Shown: positions 8,656 to 16,958 of the stretch, piece by piece | Layout of the letters: each line of letters opens with the position of its first letter | Numbering within the stretch: position 1 is the first letter of the stretch | Assembly (NCBI GenBank): GCA_963715865.1 | Contig: OY970280.1 | Location: 1,696,001-1,760,000 of the forward strand | Direction of reading: 5' to 3' | DNA from: Candidatus Bathyarchaeota archaeon | GTDB taxonomy: Archaea; Thermoproteota; Bathyarchaeia; Bathyarchaeales; Bathycorpusculaceae | DNA length: 64,000 bases | The notes under the pieces: model-generated | What the model saw: only the letters and a program-made list of their open reading frames with translations | What the model was told of the DNA's origin: nothing | Database searches by the model: none | Program-made: the position numbers and the translations under genes

Positions 8656-10497
8656 TTATACGCCATGAAAGTTATCTGCGCTGAAACGAGCAGCCGCCTT
8701 TCCATAAAGCAAATTCAAATTATTACCTAGAAACACGTATTTCGCTAAGAAACTTGTTGTTGGGTCACCTGCCAGAACGTAGCCTTGACCGCTGTTAACT
8801 GCGACGCCTCCAAGGTAAACCATGTTTGACAGCGCCAAGGAAAGGTCTGCCCGTTTACACGCTACCGATGGAAACTGAGTGCCGCTTGTGCCGACTAAAA
8901 TTATGTTTCCTGTTACGGAACCATAAGCCTGCGAGTAATCATTGCAAATTTGCCCTGACATAGTCGCTGTGATTTGCGTAACAACTGCACCTGAAAGCAC
9001 CGTTACTATACTTCCAGATAACACAGTTATAGCGCCACTAATCGAAACGATGTTTCCTGAAACATTAGCGACAACGTTTGCTGATGCGATGTTAGCCATT
9101 GTGCCTGAAGCTAAACTGACAGTTTGACCTGAAATTAACACGCCGACTCCAGAGGCAACGAACAATCCTGATAAAGTTGCAGTCGGCAAAGAAATGAATT
9201 GCCCTGACAGCGTAGCGACGGGTTGTTGAACGAACGCTCCTGAAGCAACCGCCACCATTTGCCCGCTAATCAATACACCTACACCTGACCCAACAGTGAC
9301 AGCTAATCCAGATGCAACCACTAGTCCAGATTGAGTAGAAACAGGCAAAGATATGCTAAGTCCAGAAGCTAAATAGGCACCTGAAGCAACCGAAACAGTT
9401 TGACCGCTAATTAAAACGCCTAAGCCTGAATTAACGGATACTGAAGCGTTAACGTATAGTCCTGACGCAACCTGAACTGTTTGCCCAGAAATTAAAACTC
9501 CAAGCCCTGAGTTTACCGAAACAGCAGCATTAACGTATAATCCAGATGCAAGATAAACGCCTGAGCCAACAGCAACTGTTTGTCCACTGATTAACACGCC
9601 GAGTCCAGAGTTGATGGAAACTGCCGCGTTCACGTAGGACCCTGAAGCGACTGTTACAATGTTTCCACTTACATTAACAGCATTACCAGAAATAGACGTT
9701 GAGGGCACAGTTACGTTCAAACCCGATGCAACAACCAATCCCGAAAGAGTGGCTGTTGGCACTCTTACGTTTGCGCCTGACGCAACCTGAACTGTTTGCC
9801 CAGAAATTAAAACTCCAAGCCCTGAGTTTACCGAAACAGCAGCATTAACGTATAATCCAGATGCAAGATAAACGCCTGAGCCAACAGCAACTGTTTGTCC
9901 ACTGATTAACACGCCGAGTCCAGAGTTGATGGAAACTGCCGCGTTCACGTAGGACCCTGAAGCGACTGTTACAATGTTTCCACTTACATTAACAGCATTA
10001 CCAGAAATAGACGTTGAGGGCACAGTTACGTTCAAACCCGATGCAACAACCAATCCCGAAAGAGTGGCTGTTGGTAGACTAATAAATTGCCCAGACTGTG
10101 TTGAAACGGGTAATGCAACGTTTAATCCTGATGCTAAGTAGCCGCCTGAAGTTAAAGTAACGTTTTGTCCACTGACTTGAACGATGTTTCCGCTGACAGA
10201 TGTTTGGACTGTTCCGCTGACTATGACGGCGCCGCTGACCTGTCCGCCTTGATTTGCTACTGTGACGATTTGACCGCTAACAGCAACAACATTACCGCTT
10301 ACTGATGTACCGACAATTTGCCCAGAGACCTGCACGATTGCACCTGAAACCGCTGGACTAACAATATTTCCCTGTCCATCCTGAACAGCAACAACTTCAG
10401 ATTGCACATTACTGGTGCCTACTGTATTCTGGATTGTGCGCATTAAGACGCCGCTTGTAGGCTGCGCACCAATTTGAATCCTAGTGTCTATGCTCAT
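8656..10497 (-). CDS. Ser-Gly repeat beta-solenoid virion spike/fibre protein
   Basis: 613 aa, about 57 SG dipeptides by hand count at mostly 6-12 residue spacing, almost uncharged repeat region, globular C-terminus; immediately after the capsid gene. Confidence 0.65.
   Translation of the reverse strand: MSIDTRIQIGAQPTSGVLMRTIQNTVGTSNVQSEVVAVQDGQGNIVSPAVSGAIVQVSGQIVGTSVSGNVVAVSGQIVTVANQGGQVSGAVIVSGTVQTSVSGNIVQVSGQNVTLTSGGYLASGLNVALPVSTQSGQFISLPTATLSGLVVASGLNVTVPSTSISGNAVNVSGNIVTVASGSYVNAAVSINSGLGVLISGQTVAVGSGVYLASGLYVNAAVSVNSGLGVLISGQTVQVASGANVRVPTATLSGLVVASGLNVTVPSTSISGNAVNVSGNIVTVASGSYVNAAVSINSGLGVLISGQTVAVGSGVYLASGLYVNAAVSVNSGLGVLISGQTVQVASGLYVNASVSVNSGLGVLISGQTVSVASGAYLASGLSISLPVSTQSGLVVASGLAVTVGSGVGVLISGQMVAVASGAFVQQPVATLSGQFISLPTATLSGLFVASGVGVLISGQTVSLASGTMANIASANVVANVSGNIVSISGAITVLSGSIVTVLSGAVVTQITATMSGQICNDYSQAYGSVTGNIILVGTSGTQFPSVACKRADLSLALSNMVYLGGVAVNSGQGYVLAGDPTTSFLAKYVFLGNNLNLLYGKAAARFSADNFHGV
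9461..10074. repeat. Perfect 299-bp tandem duplication (period 315 bp, 105 aa)
   Basis: 9461-9759 appears identical to 9776-10074 by eye. Confidence 0.92.
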
Positions 10498-10537
10498 TTC
10501 GTTTTGTTCCTAAAGTTACTTTAAATTGTTGGGGAAA

Positions 10538-10558
10538 GCCTCAGTTTAAAGATGAGGC
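10538..10558 (-). terminator. Hairpin terminator/attenuator after the capsid gene
   Basis: GCCTCA-N9-TGAGGC stem followed by TTT on the minus strand. Confidence 0.5.
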
Positions 10559-10598
10559 AAAGAAAATAATTCGCTATTACTGTTTACATTCACTAAGG

Positions 10599-11540
10599 TT
10601 AACTTGTTGATAATCCCTGTACTTCCACGATTGCTTCTCCATACGTCACAACCGGCGCATATCTTGTCGTCAACGTTACGTCTACAGAGTCAAATTCCTT
10701 CTTAATTTCAACATCACTCATCAATGGGCGTTTGATTACGAAGAAACCCAACGGCGAATAAGCTGCGCTCACGTTTTTGCCTGTGCTGATAACGAACGCG
10801 TTTCCTACTGGAACAACCATGCTGATAACAACGTCCATGCCGAAGATAGTGCCGATTTTGCCCGTCTGCGTCGGCGGCTGACCCGCTGCGCCTTCATTGC
10901 CGAATTGCGCCCAAAGGCTGAATTGCGGTAGGAACATGACGTCTCGCGAGTTCACCGGGTTAAGCAAGATTGTATCTGGCTCTAAACTGTAGGTTTCAAT
11001 GACTGCTTTAGCCTGCAAAATGTCTTTAGAGCCAAGTGTGCCTGCAACGGTGAATGCTGAGCCTGTGGATCCTAAGCTTCCGCCGCCTGCGCTGAAAATG
11101 TTTGCTGATGCTCCGCCGACTCCGCCTGCTGCGCCGCATGCGTTCTTTATAACGGTCATGCAGTCATTGTCGATCGTGTAGGCCATGCGCCTTGCTAATC
11201 TGCGCAGTTGGTCCTCGATTACGGGTATGTAGAGGTCTTCGATGTTTTCTCTGGTTATGCGTTCACGTAAGCCTTTCTTGTACGGCGTAGTTGTGATGTA
11301 CGCATAGGGCGTAAAATCAAGCGGTACTTCGGCGCCTTCGCCCACTTCGCTGATTGTAGCTGCTCTGCTGCCAGATTGCTTCACGAAAGTTGCGGTTCTT
11401 CCTGCAACCAACGGAAACTCCGGGAACAGTTTTTTGATTACTAGCGCGGGCATGGTTAACTCGATGATTTTCTGGTGCAACGCGGGATACGCTATTGCGC
11501 CTGTGTCATACCATGTGAATGCATTTTCGTTTAATGCCAT
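10599..11540 (-). CDS. Major capsid protein (HK97 fold)
   Basis: 313 aa with typical pattern (EVGEGAEVP, RRLARRMAYTID, GTIFGMDVV); follows protease and cement genes. Confidence 0.88.
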   Translation of the reverse strand: MALNENAFTWYDTGAIAYPALHQKIIELTMPALVIKKLFPEFPLVAGRTATFVKQSGSRAATISEVGEGAEVPLDFTPYAYITTTPYKKGLRERITRENIEDLYIPVIEDQLRRLARRMAYTIDNDCMTVIKNACGAAGGVGGASANIFSAGGGSLGSTGSAFTVAGTLGSKDILQAKAVIETYSLEPDTILLNPVNSRDVMFLPQFSLWAQFGNEGAAGQPPTQTGKIGTIFGMDVVISMVVPVGNAFVISTGKNVSAAYSPLGFFVIKRPLMSDVEIKKEFDSVDVTLTTRYAPVVTYGEAIVEVQGLSTS

Positions 11541-11565
11541 TTTCTATCAGTTCTCCATGTTGTTT

Positions 11566-12069
11566 TTAGGGTTCAAAGAGTATGTAGATTGTGCTGCCTG
11601 AGACTGCTGCCGCGGTCGTTAATGCTTTGCCGATGACAGTGCTATTATAATTGTTTATGAAAGGCCCGAAGCCTGAAGAAACTACGTAGCCTGAGTTTGT
11701 GTTGACTAAGAGCCCGCTTACAAGTGCGTTTGTTATTGGAGGCAAAGTTTTCACGGTAGCTATGTACGCTGAAGAAGTTACAAGTAAGTCGCCTGCTGTC
11801 ACTGCTGTACCGTCAGTTATTACCCTGCAAACACCTCTGGCGACAACGGTAACGACTTGCCCTGAAACTTGAGTGCCCAACGCGATACCCATCACGTTTG
11901 CAGCATACGCGTTCGGAGTAGGAATAGCGATTGGCGGATAAACAGCGCTTGAGGTAGTTGCGATTGATACGACTTGACCCATAGTTATGGCTGCGCCAGC
12001 GATTGCACTGATTAAGTAGCGGTCTTGAACTAGCGGTGTGGTTCCTTCAAAAATTCCTGTAACTGACAT
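11566..12069 (-). CDS. Capsid cement/decoration protein (DUF2190-like) with an SG-rich insertion
   Basis: AGAAITMGQVV...GIA...VTVVARGV...AVTAGDLL...VIGKAL pattern. Confidence 0.7.
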   Translation of the reverse strand: MSVTGIFEGTTPLVQDRYLISAIAGAAITMGQVVSIATTSSAVYPPIAIPTPNAYAANVMGIALGTQVSGQVVTVVARGVCRVITDGTAVTAGDLLVTSSAYIATVKTLPPITNALVSGLLVNTNSGYVVSSGFGPFINNYNSTVIGKALTTAAAVSGSTIYILFEP

Positions 12070-13223
12070 TATTGTATTCCTACCATTTTCTTGTTCGCTT
12101 TAAGCAAATCTTTGAACCAGCCATATTGCCCAGCGTCAGTTTTCACTGCCATCTCGTCAGTCGGGATTACGCCTGCGCCATGAGATGCGCGTTTCGCTTC
12201 AGCAGGTTTATCGCAACCTTCCGCTTCGCCCTCAGCATCAGCATCAGCTTTCTTGCCTTTTTTGGCTTCAGCTTCCGCATCTGCTTCGCCTTCAGCTTCG
12301 CCGTCGCCTGATTCGTCAAGTTGCTTTTTCAACGCGGCTATTTTCTTGCCGACGCGTGCCCTAAACTTTTTCAAGTCATCAACAGAAGCGTTCTTGTTTC
12401 CGCTTCCGCCAACGCTTTTAATTGAGTCGCTTAAGCTTTCGATCTGGCCCATGATGTCTTCGTAAGTTACGTCTTTGCCTGCGCCTTCGCCGTCTGTAAC
12501 GTTTACTACTGCTGCCTGTTGTGGAGAAGCAACTTGTTCACCATCTAATTTGGTAGACATGTGCTTCACATCCTTTTCTGCTTTTAATTTTGTTTTGTCG
12601 TCGGGTTCTTGCACCTCACGGTTAGAGCCCCCATCCTTGTTACTATTAAGTGACTGTGAATCCGTAATTTTTTTAGTTGCCGCATTCCACTGATCCTCAT
12701 TCATAGCCGCCGCAAACCCAACAGGCTTAAACGCCGTATTCTCATACGCAGGCGAAGCAACAATGCTGAGCTCACGAACTTTCGGGTGATGAACAATCTC
12801 CCATGCACCCGGGCAAAGGTGAATGAGCATACCTTCGCTGCGGCTGTTCTGTTTGCATTTTGAGCATTCTACGTCGTCTGAATCCACTTGAACGCTTACG
12901 TGGTTGACGTAGTTGTGCAGGATTTTCTCTATGAGTTTTTCGTCGCCGACTTCAGCGCGAAACAGGACCTGGTCGCCGCTTCGTTCGGCCTTAGCTACTT
13001 TACCCATAACCATCAACGCAGACTCCGCATGATCCACCCGAAGCTGCGCCCCAATTAAACTGCTAGTAAAGTAATCTAGATCTTCAGAGGGCACTTGCCA
13101 TTTGTTGCTGTTTACTGAAGTGTCGATGGCTACGCCTTCAATATTTATGAGTTTATTTTGTAGGGCATATTGTGCGTCTACGCCTTCAGCCGCTTTAAAC
13201 TGCACAAAATATTGTAGTTTCAT
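12069..13223 (-). CDS. Prohead protease fused to a scaffolding domain
   Basis: H (RVDHA), S (VSVQV) and RELSIVASPAY protease motifs; acidic/basic low-complexity C-terminus. Confidence 0.82.
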   Translation of the reverse strand: MKLQYFVQFKAAEGVDAQYALQNKLINIEGVAIDTSVNSNKWQVPSEDLDYFTSSLIGAQLRVDHAESALMVMGKVAKAERSGDQVLFRAEVGDEKLIEKILHNYVNHVSVQVDSDDVECSKCKQNSRSEGMLIHLCPGAWEIVHHPKVRELSIVASPAYENTAFKPVGFAAAMNEDQWNAATKKITDSQSLNSNKDGGSNREVQEPDDKTKLKAEKDVKHMSTKLDGEQVASPQQAAVVNVTDGEGAGKDVTYEDIMGQIESLSDSIKSVGGSGNKNASVDDLKKFRARVGKKIAALKKQLDESGDGEAEGEADAEAEAKKGKKADADAEGEAEGCDKPAEAKRASHGAGVIPTDEMAVKTDAGQYGWFKDLLKANKKMVGIQ

Positions 13224-13264
13224 GATTTAAGTCACTTTGAAAAGACTTATGTTGAGATTCTTGA

Positions 13265-13276
13265 CTATATATAAAG
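13265..13276. promoter_or_regulatory. Near-palindromic TATA box, possibly bidirectional
   Basis: CTATATATAAAG lies ~45 bp upstream of the protease ATG (minus) and ~55 bp upstream of the 13332 ORF (plus). Confidence 0.55.
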
Positions 13277-13331
13277 GTGAAATTTGGCTTTTCTGCCAGT
13301 TAATGAAACAAAGCAAAGAGACGAAAACTGA

Positions 13332-13493
13332 ATGAAATACACAGTGAAAGAGAGACTCAACATTTTAGTTTGGTGGACAATAGTTTTATGTATAGCTGTT
13401 CCAATCGGTTTATTTTGGAATTTCTGGGCAGGCTTCGCTATTAGTACAGTTTCTTCTATTAGTTGGGTTTTATGGTATATTTTTAGGACATAA
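13332..13493 (+). CDS. 53-aa two-TM membrane protein, antisense to the late operon
   Basis: Manual translation MKYTVKERLNILVWWTIVLCIAVPIGLFWNFWAGFAISTVSSISWVLWYIFRT; fills the gap exactly. Confidence 0.6.
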   Translation: MKYTVKERLNILVWWTIVLCIAVPIGLFWNFWAGFAISTVSSISWVLWYIFRT

Positions 13494-13495
13494 CT

Positions 13496-14191
13496 TTATT
13501 CTTTTTGATTTTTGAAGTTTCGTTGCGTCTTATAACCCCGATAAAACTCGCGAACCATCTGCTCTTCACCAACAAACAAATCCGCAGCATGCAAACATTT
13601 CACGCGAGTATCAACATAAACCTTATAGCCGTTTTGGGCGGCTTTCCAGCAGAAATAAAAGTCTTCCCCGCAACCCAGTGAAGTTTTAAACCAAGGCTCA
13701 GGCATTTTCAGGAAAACGTCGCGGTTAACCAGCATGAAACCGAAACCTGTCGCGTCAACTTCGACAAGTTTGTCATGCGGATAATTCTTAGCAAATTCAA
13801 CGTCCCAATCAACGTCAACGCCCTCTTGCAACTTCCAAGGCGCCGAACGGTCTTTTCTTCTTACCACCATTGACGTGTAAGGCGGACGCCTATCATAATA
13901 CAAACCTGCAACGATAGGAAGCGAATCCAAGTACAGTTTAACTAAGCCATCATCGGGCGGCAGCACATCATCATCCAAGAATAGGAGGTATTCGGCGCCC
14001 CATGCCAAAGCTTCATGGACAGATGCGTTGCGTGCGTTGTCGAGTGGGAACATGGTGTTGAAGCTCCAGCGCACGTTTTCAGGATGCGCCAAGAGGCACG
14101 CTTGTGTGAGTTGAGAGCCGAAGGATAGGCACCATTCAGGTTTAAGCTGTCGGCGCGTGCAGACTGCTATGTTGATTTTGCCAACTTGCAA
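13496..14191 (-). CDS. GT-A (GT2-like) glycosyltransferase
   Basis: FLDDD, ATGFGFMLV, GEDFYFC motifs; paralogue of 7205-7903. Confidence 0.85.
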   Translation of the reverse strand: MQVGKINIAVCTRRQLKPEWCLSFGSQLTQACLLAHPENVRWSFNTMFPLDNARNASVHEALAWGAEYLLFLDDDVLPPDDGLVKLYLDSLPIVAGLYYDRRPPYTSMVVRRKDRSAPWKLQEGVDVDWDVEFAKNYPHDKLVEVDATGFGFMLVNRDVFLKMPEPWFKTSLGCGEDFYFCWKAAQNGYKVYVDTRVKCLHAADLFVGEEQMVREFYRGYKTQRNFKNQKE

Positions 14192-14299
14192 TTAAATAGC
14201 CTTCACTACGCAACCAACAGGTTTCCCAGCTTTTACGCATGCCTCATAACTTGGCGGAAAAGTACATTCAGCATTTATGAAAGGGCACTTCATTTTTTA

Positions 14300-14656
14300 T
14301 TACCTTAAGTTTTTAACTTGGATAACTGCGTTTCGATACGCATAGAAAGCGTCACTGTTGCCCAGCATACTTTTCTTTTCTTCAGCGACTTCGTGGCCAT
14401 ATTTTTTCATGGCTGCTTTAACGCGTTTCTGCATGAGAGCCCATTCTGCAGGTGTATAGCCGCCTTTCGTTCTGTTCTCAGGCTTATTGATGTAACTCCA
14501 TGCCGCCATCACATGCTCTTTATCGATGGGGTATTTGTGATTTACGGGATCAGCGAAGTCGGTGTCTGAAATATTCTTGTACTCGCTGGGTTTAGATTTA
14601 TGGCCTTGCTCTTTTTCTGTGATTGCCATTAAGGTTTTTCCCATTAAAAAACTCAT
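14300..14656 (-). CDS. DUF6582-like head-module protein
   Basis: FADPVNHKYPIDKEHVMAAWSYIN motif. Confidence 0.6.
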   Translation of the reverse strand: MSFLMGKTLMAITEKEQGHKSKPSEYKNISDTDFADPVNHKYPIDKEHVMAAWSYINKPENRTKGGYTPAEWALMQKRVKAAMKKYGHEVAEEKKSMLGNSDAFYAYRNAVIQVKNLR

Positions 14657-14683
14657 TTTAAATTATCTCCTGGTACCGTGAAA

Positions 14684-15001
14684 TTAACTGATTTTTGAAA
14701 CTTCCATATAAGCCCGCAACGCTGCATTACGGTACTCATTGAACACATGGAAATCCATTGCTGTAAGGGTTTCTTGTTTAACGTGTTTTTCAAGCCATGC
14801 TTTAGCTTCTTGAGCGCTTTTGAAAACTGCTCGGTCAAAAATGTAGTTGTGGATTGCCATGCGGTTTGACCCTTTAACCTGTCCAAAAGTGACTTTTACG
14901 CCTTTATCGACGGCGCGAACGTTAACTTTGCCGAAGTGGCATGCAGCCTTTATTATGAAGCGGTATTCTTTGGGGTTTTCAGTTATGGTTATTTCAGACA
15001 T
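14684..15001 (-). CDS. Hypothetical head-module protein
   Basis: 105 aa; FDRAVF...EAKAWLEKH motif of the kind seen in viral head-module proteins. Confidence 0.6.
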   Translation of the reverse strand: MSEITITENPKEYRFIIKAACHFGKVNVRAVDKGVKVTFGQVKGSNRMAIHNYIFDRAVFKSAQEAKAWLEKHVKQETLTAMDFHVFNEYRNAALRAYMEVSKIS

Positions 15002-15027
15002 CTTGTTTTCAATCCTAAATTAATTTG

Positions 15028-15348
15028 TTAATAGTAAACGTCTTCATCTCTCACAATCCCGCAAACACAATGCGGATGCCAATTCACCGCGAAAGTATCC
15101 TCATCAAGCCACTCGCCATACGGAAACATATCAAGCAAGTCATCCGGGTCCTCAAGCTCAAAGAAATCTCCAGACCTGCTATCGCAATCTTCACATAAAT
15201 TAGGAGAAGGCGCCAACGCCTCTGTTACGTAACGCCAAACCGAATAGTGAATCGCAGGATTAACCACAGCGGCCTTAAATGCTGTGAAAGCGTGAAAAGC
15301 TGCCACAAGAGGCAAAACCTCATTAAGCTCTTGAACGGTAAGGCTCAA
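15028..15348 (-). CDS. Minor head morphogenesis protein (SPP1 gp7/Mu F-like C-terminal domain only)
   Basis: CEDC...HPHCVC motif, directly after the portal gene. Confidence 0.7.
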   Translation of the reverse strand: MSLTVQELNEVLPLVAAFHAFTAFKAAVVNPAIHYSVWRYVTEALAPSPNLCEDCDSRSGDFFELEDPDDLLDMFPYGEWLDEDTFAVNWHPHCVCGIVRDEDVYY

Positions 15349-16739
15349 GAGTTTTTCACTTCAGTAATCAAAAACGATTTTCCGTCTTGCTGAATCATCG
15401 CTTGCTTCTGCGTTCCTTTAGGCGCTGGAAGCATCTTAGGCTGTTGCTGATTTTGGATGGGAAGAGGCGTTTCAGGTTCAGGCGGCGTCTCTGGAAAACC
15501 AAGCTGCACTCTTGCCTCAGAAATCTGAACTATGCCAAGTTGCACTAAAGGAACCATGTAAGCCGCTTTTTCCTGCAAAGAAGCTTCCCAAATAGGCTTC
15601 CACTTAATCTCGGGAATTTCCGTACCCTCGCCAAACTGCATTTCAACAAGCTGCTTAAACAACTTCGTTTCCAAAACGTCGCTAATAAGTTCCTGTATCA
15701 TCCTGAGTCTAGTGACGTATTCTTTCATGACTGTATCGCTTGTGGCGCGGTTTGTGCCTTGAGATTCACCCATGAAGATTTTTGGCACGCCTAAGACGGC
15801 TTCGCGTTGCTTGTAGAGGTAGTCAAGCCAAAACTGCAAGTTAACCCCTGTCGTCAACGAAGGCACCACATCAACCGTAACGTCACCGCGAACGAAAGTG
15901 TCTGAGGCGACTCTGCGGTTCTGGAACGTACTCATAAGCGATGTTAATTGCGCATCGCTGAAAGGTCTCTCTGGAGTGCCTGCTTTAATGACAAGCATTG
16001 GTTTCGTGTAAGTGTGAACTATCGTTGCGAAATCGTTTTCAAACTGGTCAAGCAAAGCTTGAACCTTCAAAAGCGGACGCAGCAGCGAGGTGCCATAGCT
16101 GAATTCGTACCACCATGATTTAGCGCCCCAGCAAAACTGAACCATGTCTTGCGCAATAAACGCGACAGGAGGAAAAGTCAAAAGCTGAATGTATCCGAAG
16201 ACGTCGCCATACTCATTTCTGCGAACGCGAATATGCACGGGATCCAGCGGTTTTAGCCAACTGATCGCGCCTGTCTGTTCATCCTTGCACAGCTCCAAAT
16301 AAGCATTGCCGAAAACCAAAATGTCCGTAGCTACAATGCGAAGAGTATGCAAAATATTCTGTTCATCAAGCCAATCCGTAAGCCACTCGCGAACCGCATC
16401 ATCCCCGCCATCCAACTCGAAACCATTGCTCATAGCCAAGTTAACGGTGACATCAATCGCCGCTTTAATGTATGGGCTAAAATTGTATTGGTCCTTGTAT
16501 TTGGGCAGGTCCTCGATTGGCACGGCGCCCCAGACACGTTCCCAATAAGCCGTGTAGGGCGGAACCACGAAGCCTGCGCCACTGCCCTTAAGCATGAATT
16601 TGTTGACGTAGCCCATGAGGTTGCTGTCTTTTTCCCACGTGACAGGGATTTCTTCGCGGATTTGCTGCGTGCTAACTTGTGGCGGAACGTCACGTTGCGC
16701 GGTGAATGCGGATTTGTCTATGGTGCTTTTCAAAGGCAT
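15345..16739 (-). CDS. Portal protein
   Basis: 464 aa after TerL; FGNAYLE, LDPVHIRV, GTSLLRP, VLGVPK motifs. Confidence 0.9.
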   Translation of the reverse strand: MPLKSTIDKSAFTAQRDVPPQVSTQQIREEIPVTWEKDSNLMGYVNKFMLKGSGAGFVVPPYTAYWERVWGAVPIEDLPKYKDQYNFSPYIKAAIDVTVNLAMSNGFELDGGDDAVREWLTDWLDEQNILHTLRIVATDILVFGNAYLELCKDEQTGAISWLKPLDPVHIRVRRNEYGDVFGYIQLLTFPPVAFIAQDMVQFCWGAKSWWYEFSYGTSLLRPLLKVQALLDQFENDFATIVHTYTKPMLVIKAGTPERPFSDAQLTSLMSTFQNRRVASDTFVRGDVTVDVVPSLTTGVNLQFWLDYLYKQREAVLGVPKIFMGESQGTNRATSDTVMKEYVTRLRMIQELISDVLETKLFKQLVEMQFGEGTEIPEIKWKPIWEASLQEKAAYMVPLVQLGIVQISEARVQLGFPETPPEPETPLPIQNQQQPKMLPAPKGTQKQAMIQQDGKSFLITEVKNS

Positions 16740-16762
16740 TTAAAAATCACTATCTCTAAAAA

Positions 16763-16942
16763 CTAAGCCTCTTTCTTCTCGGCTTTTTCGTTTGTTACTA
16801 TGATTTCTTCCCAAACCACGTTTTTAGTGATGTCCACGCCATCAACGTAAACATGTAAATCTGTTAGGTTACAATTCACAGTCATGCCTAACGCTTTAAC
16901 CTGCTTAGTTTTATCGCTTGCTGAAAATAACTCCTCTTTCAA
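16763..16942 (-). CDS. Hypothetical viral protein, 59 aa
   Basis: TTG start with GGTGA SD; manual translation MKEELFSASDKTKQ... Confidence 0.55.
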   Translation of the reverse strand: MKEELFSASDKTKQVKALGMTVNCNLTDLHVYVDGVDITKNVVWEEIIVTNEKAEKKEA

Positions 16943-16958
16943 GTTAAGTCACCATAAT

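Noticed and set aside
9461-10074. Diversity-generating retroelement TR/VR pair
   Set aside because: The copies are identical and in-frame tandem, with no adenine-specific mismatches and no reverse transcriptase in the window.
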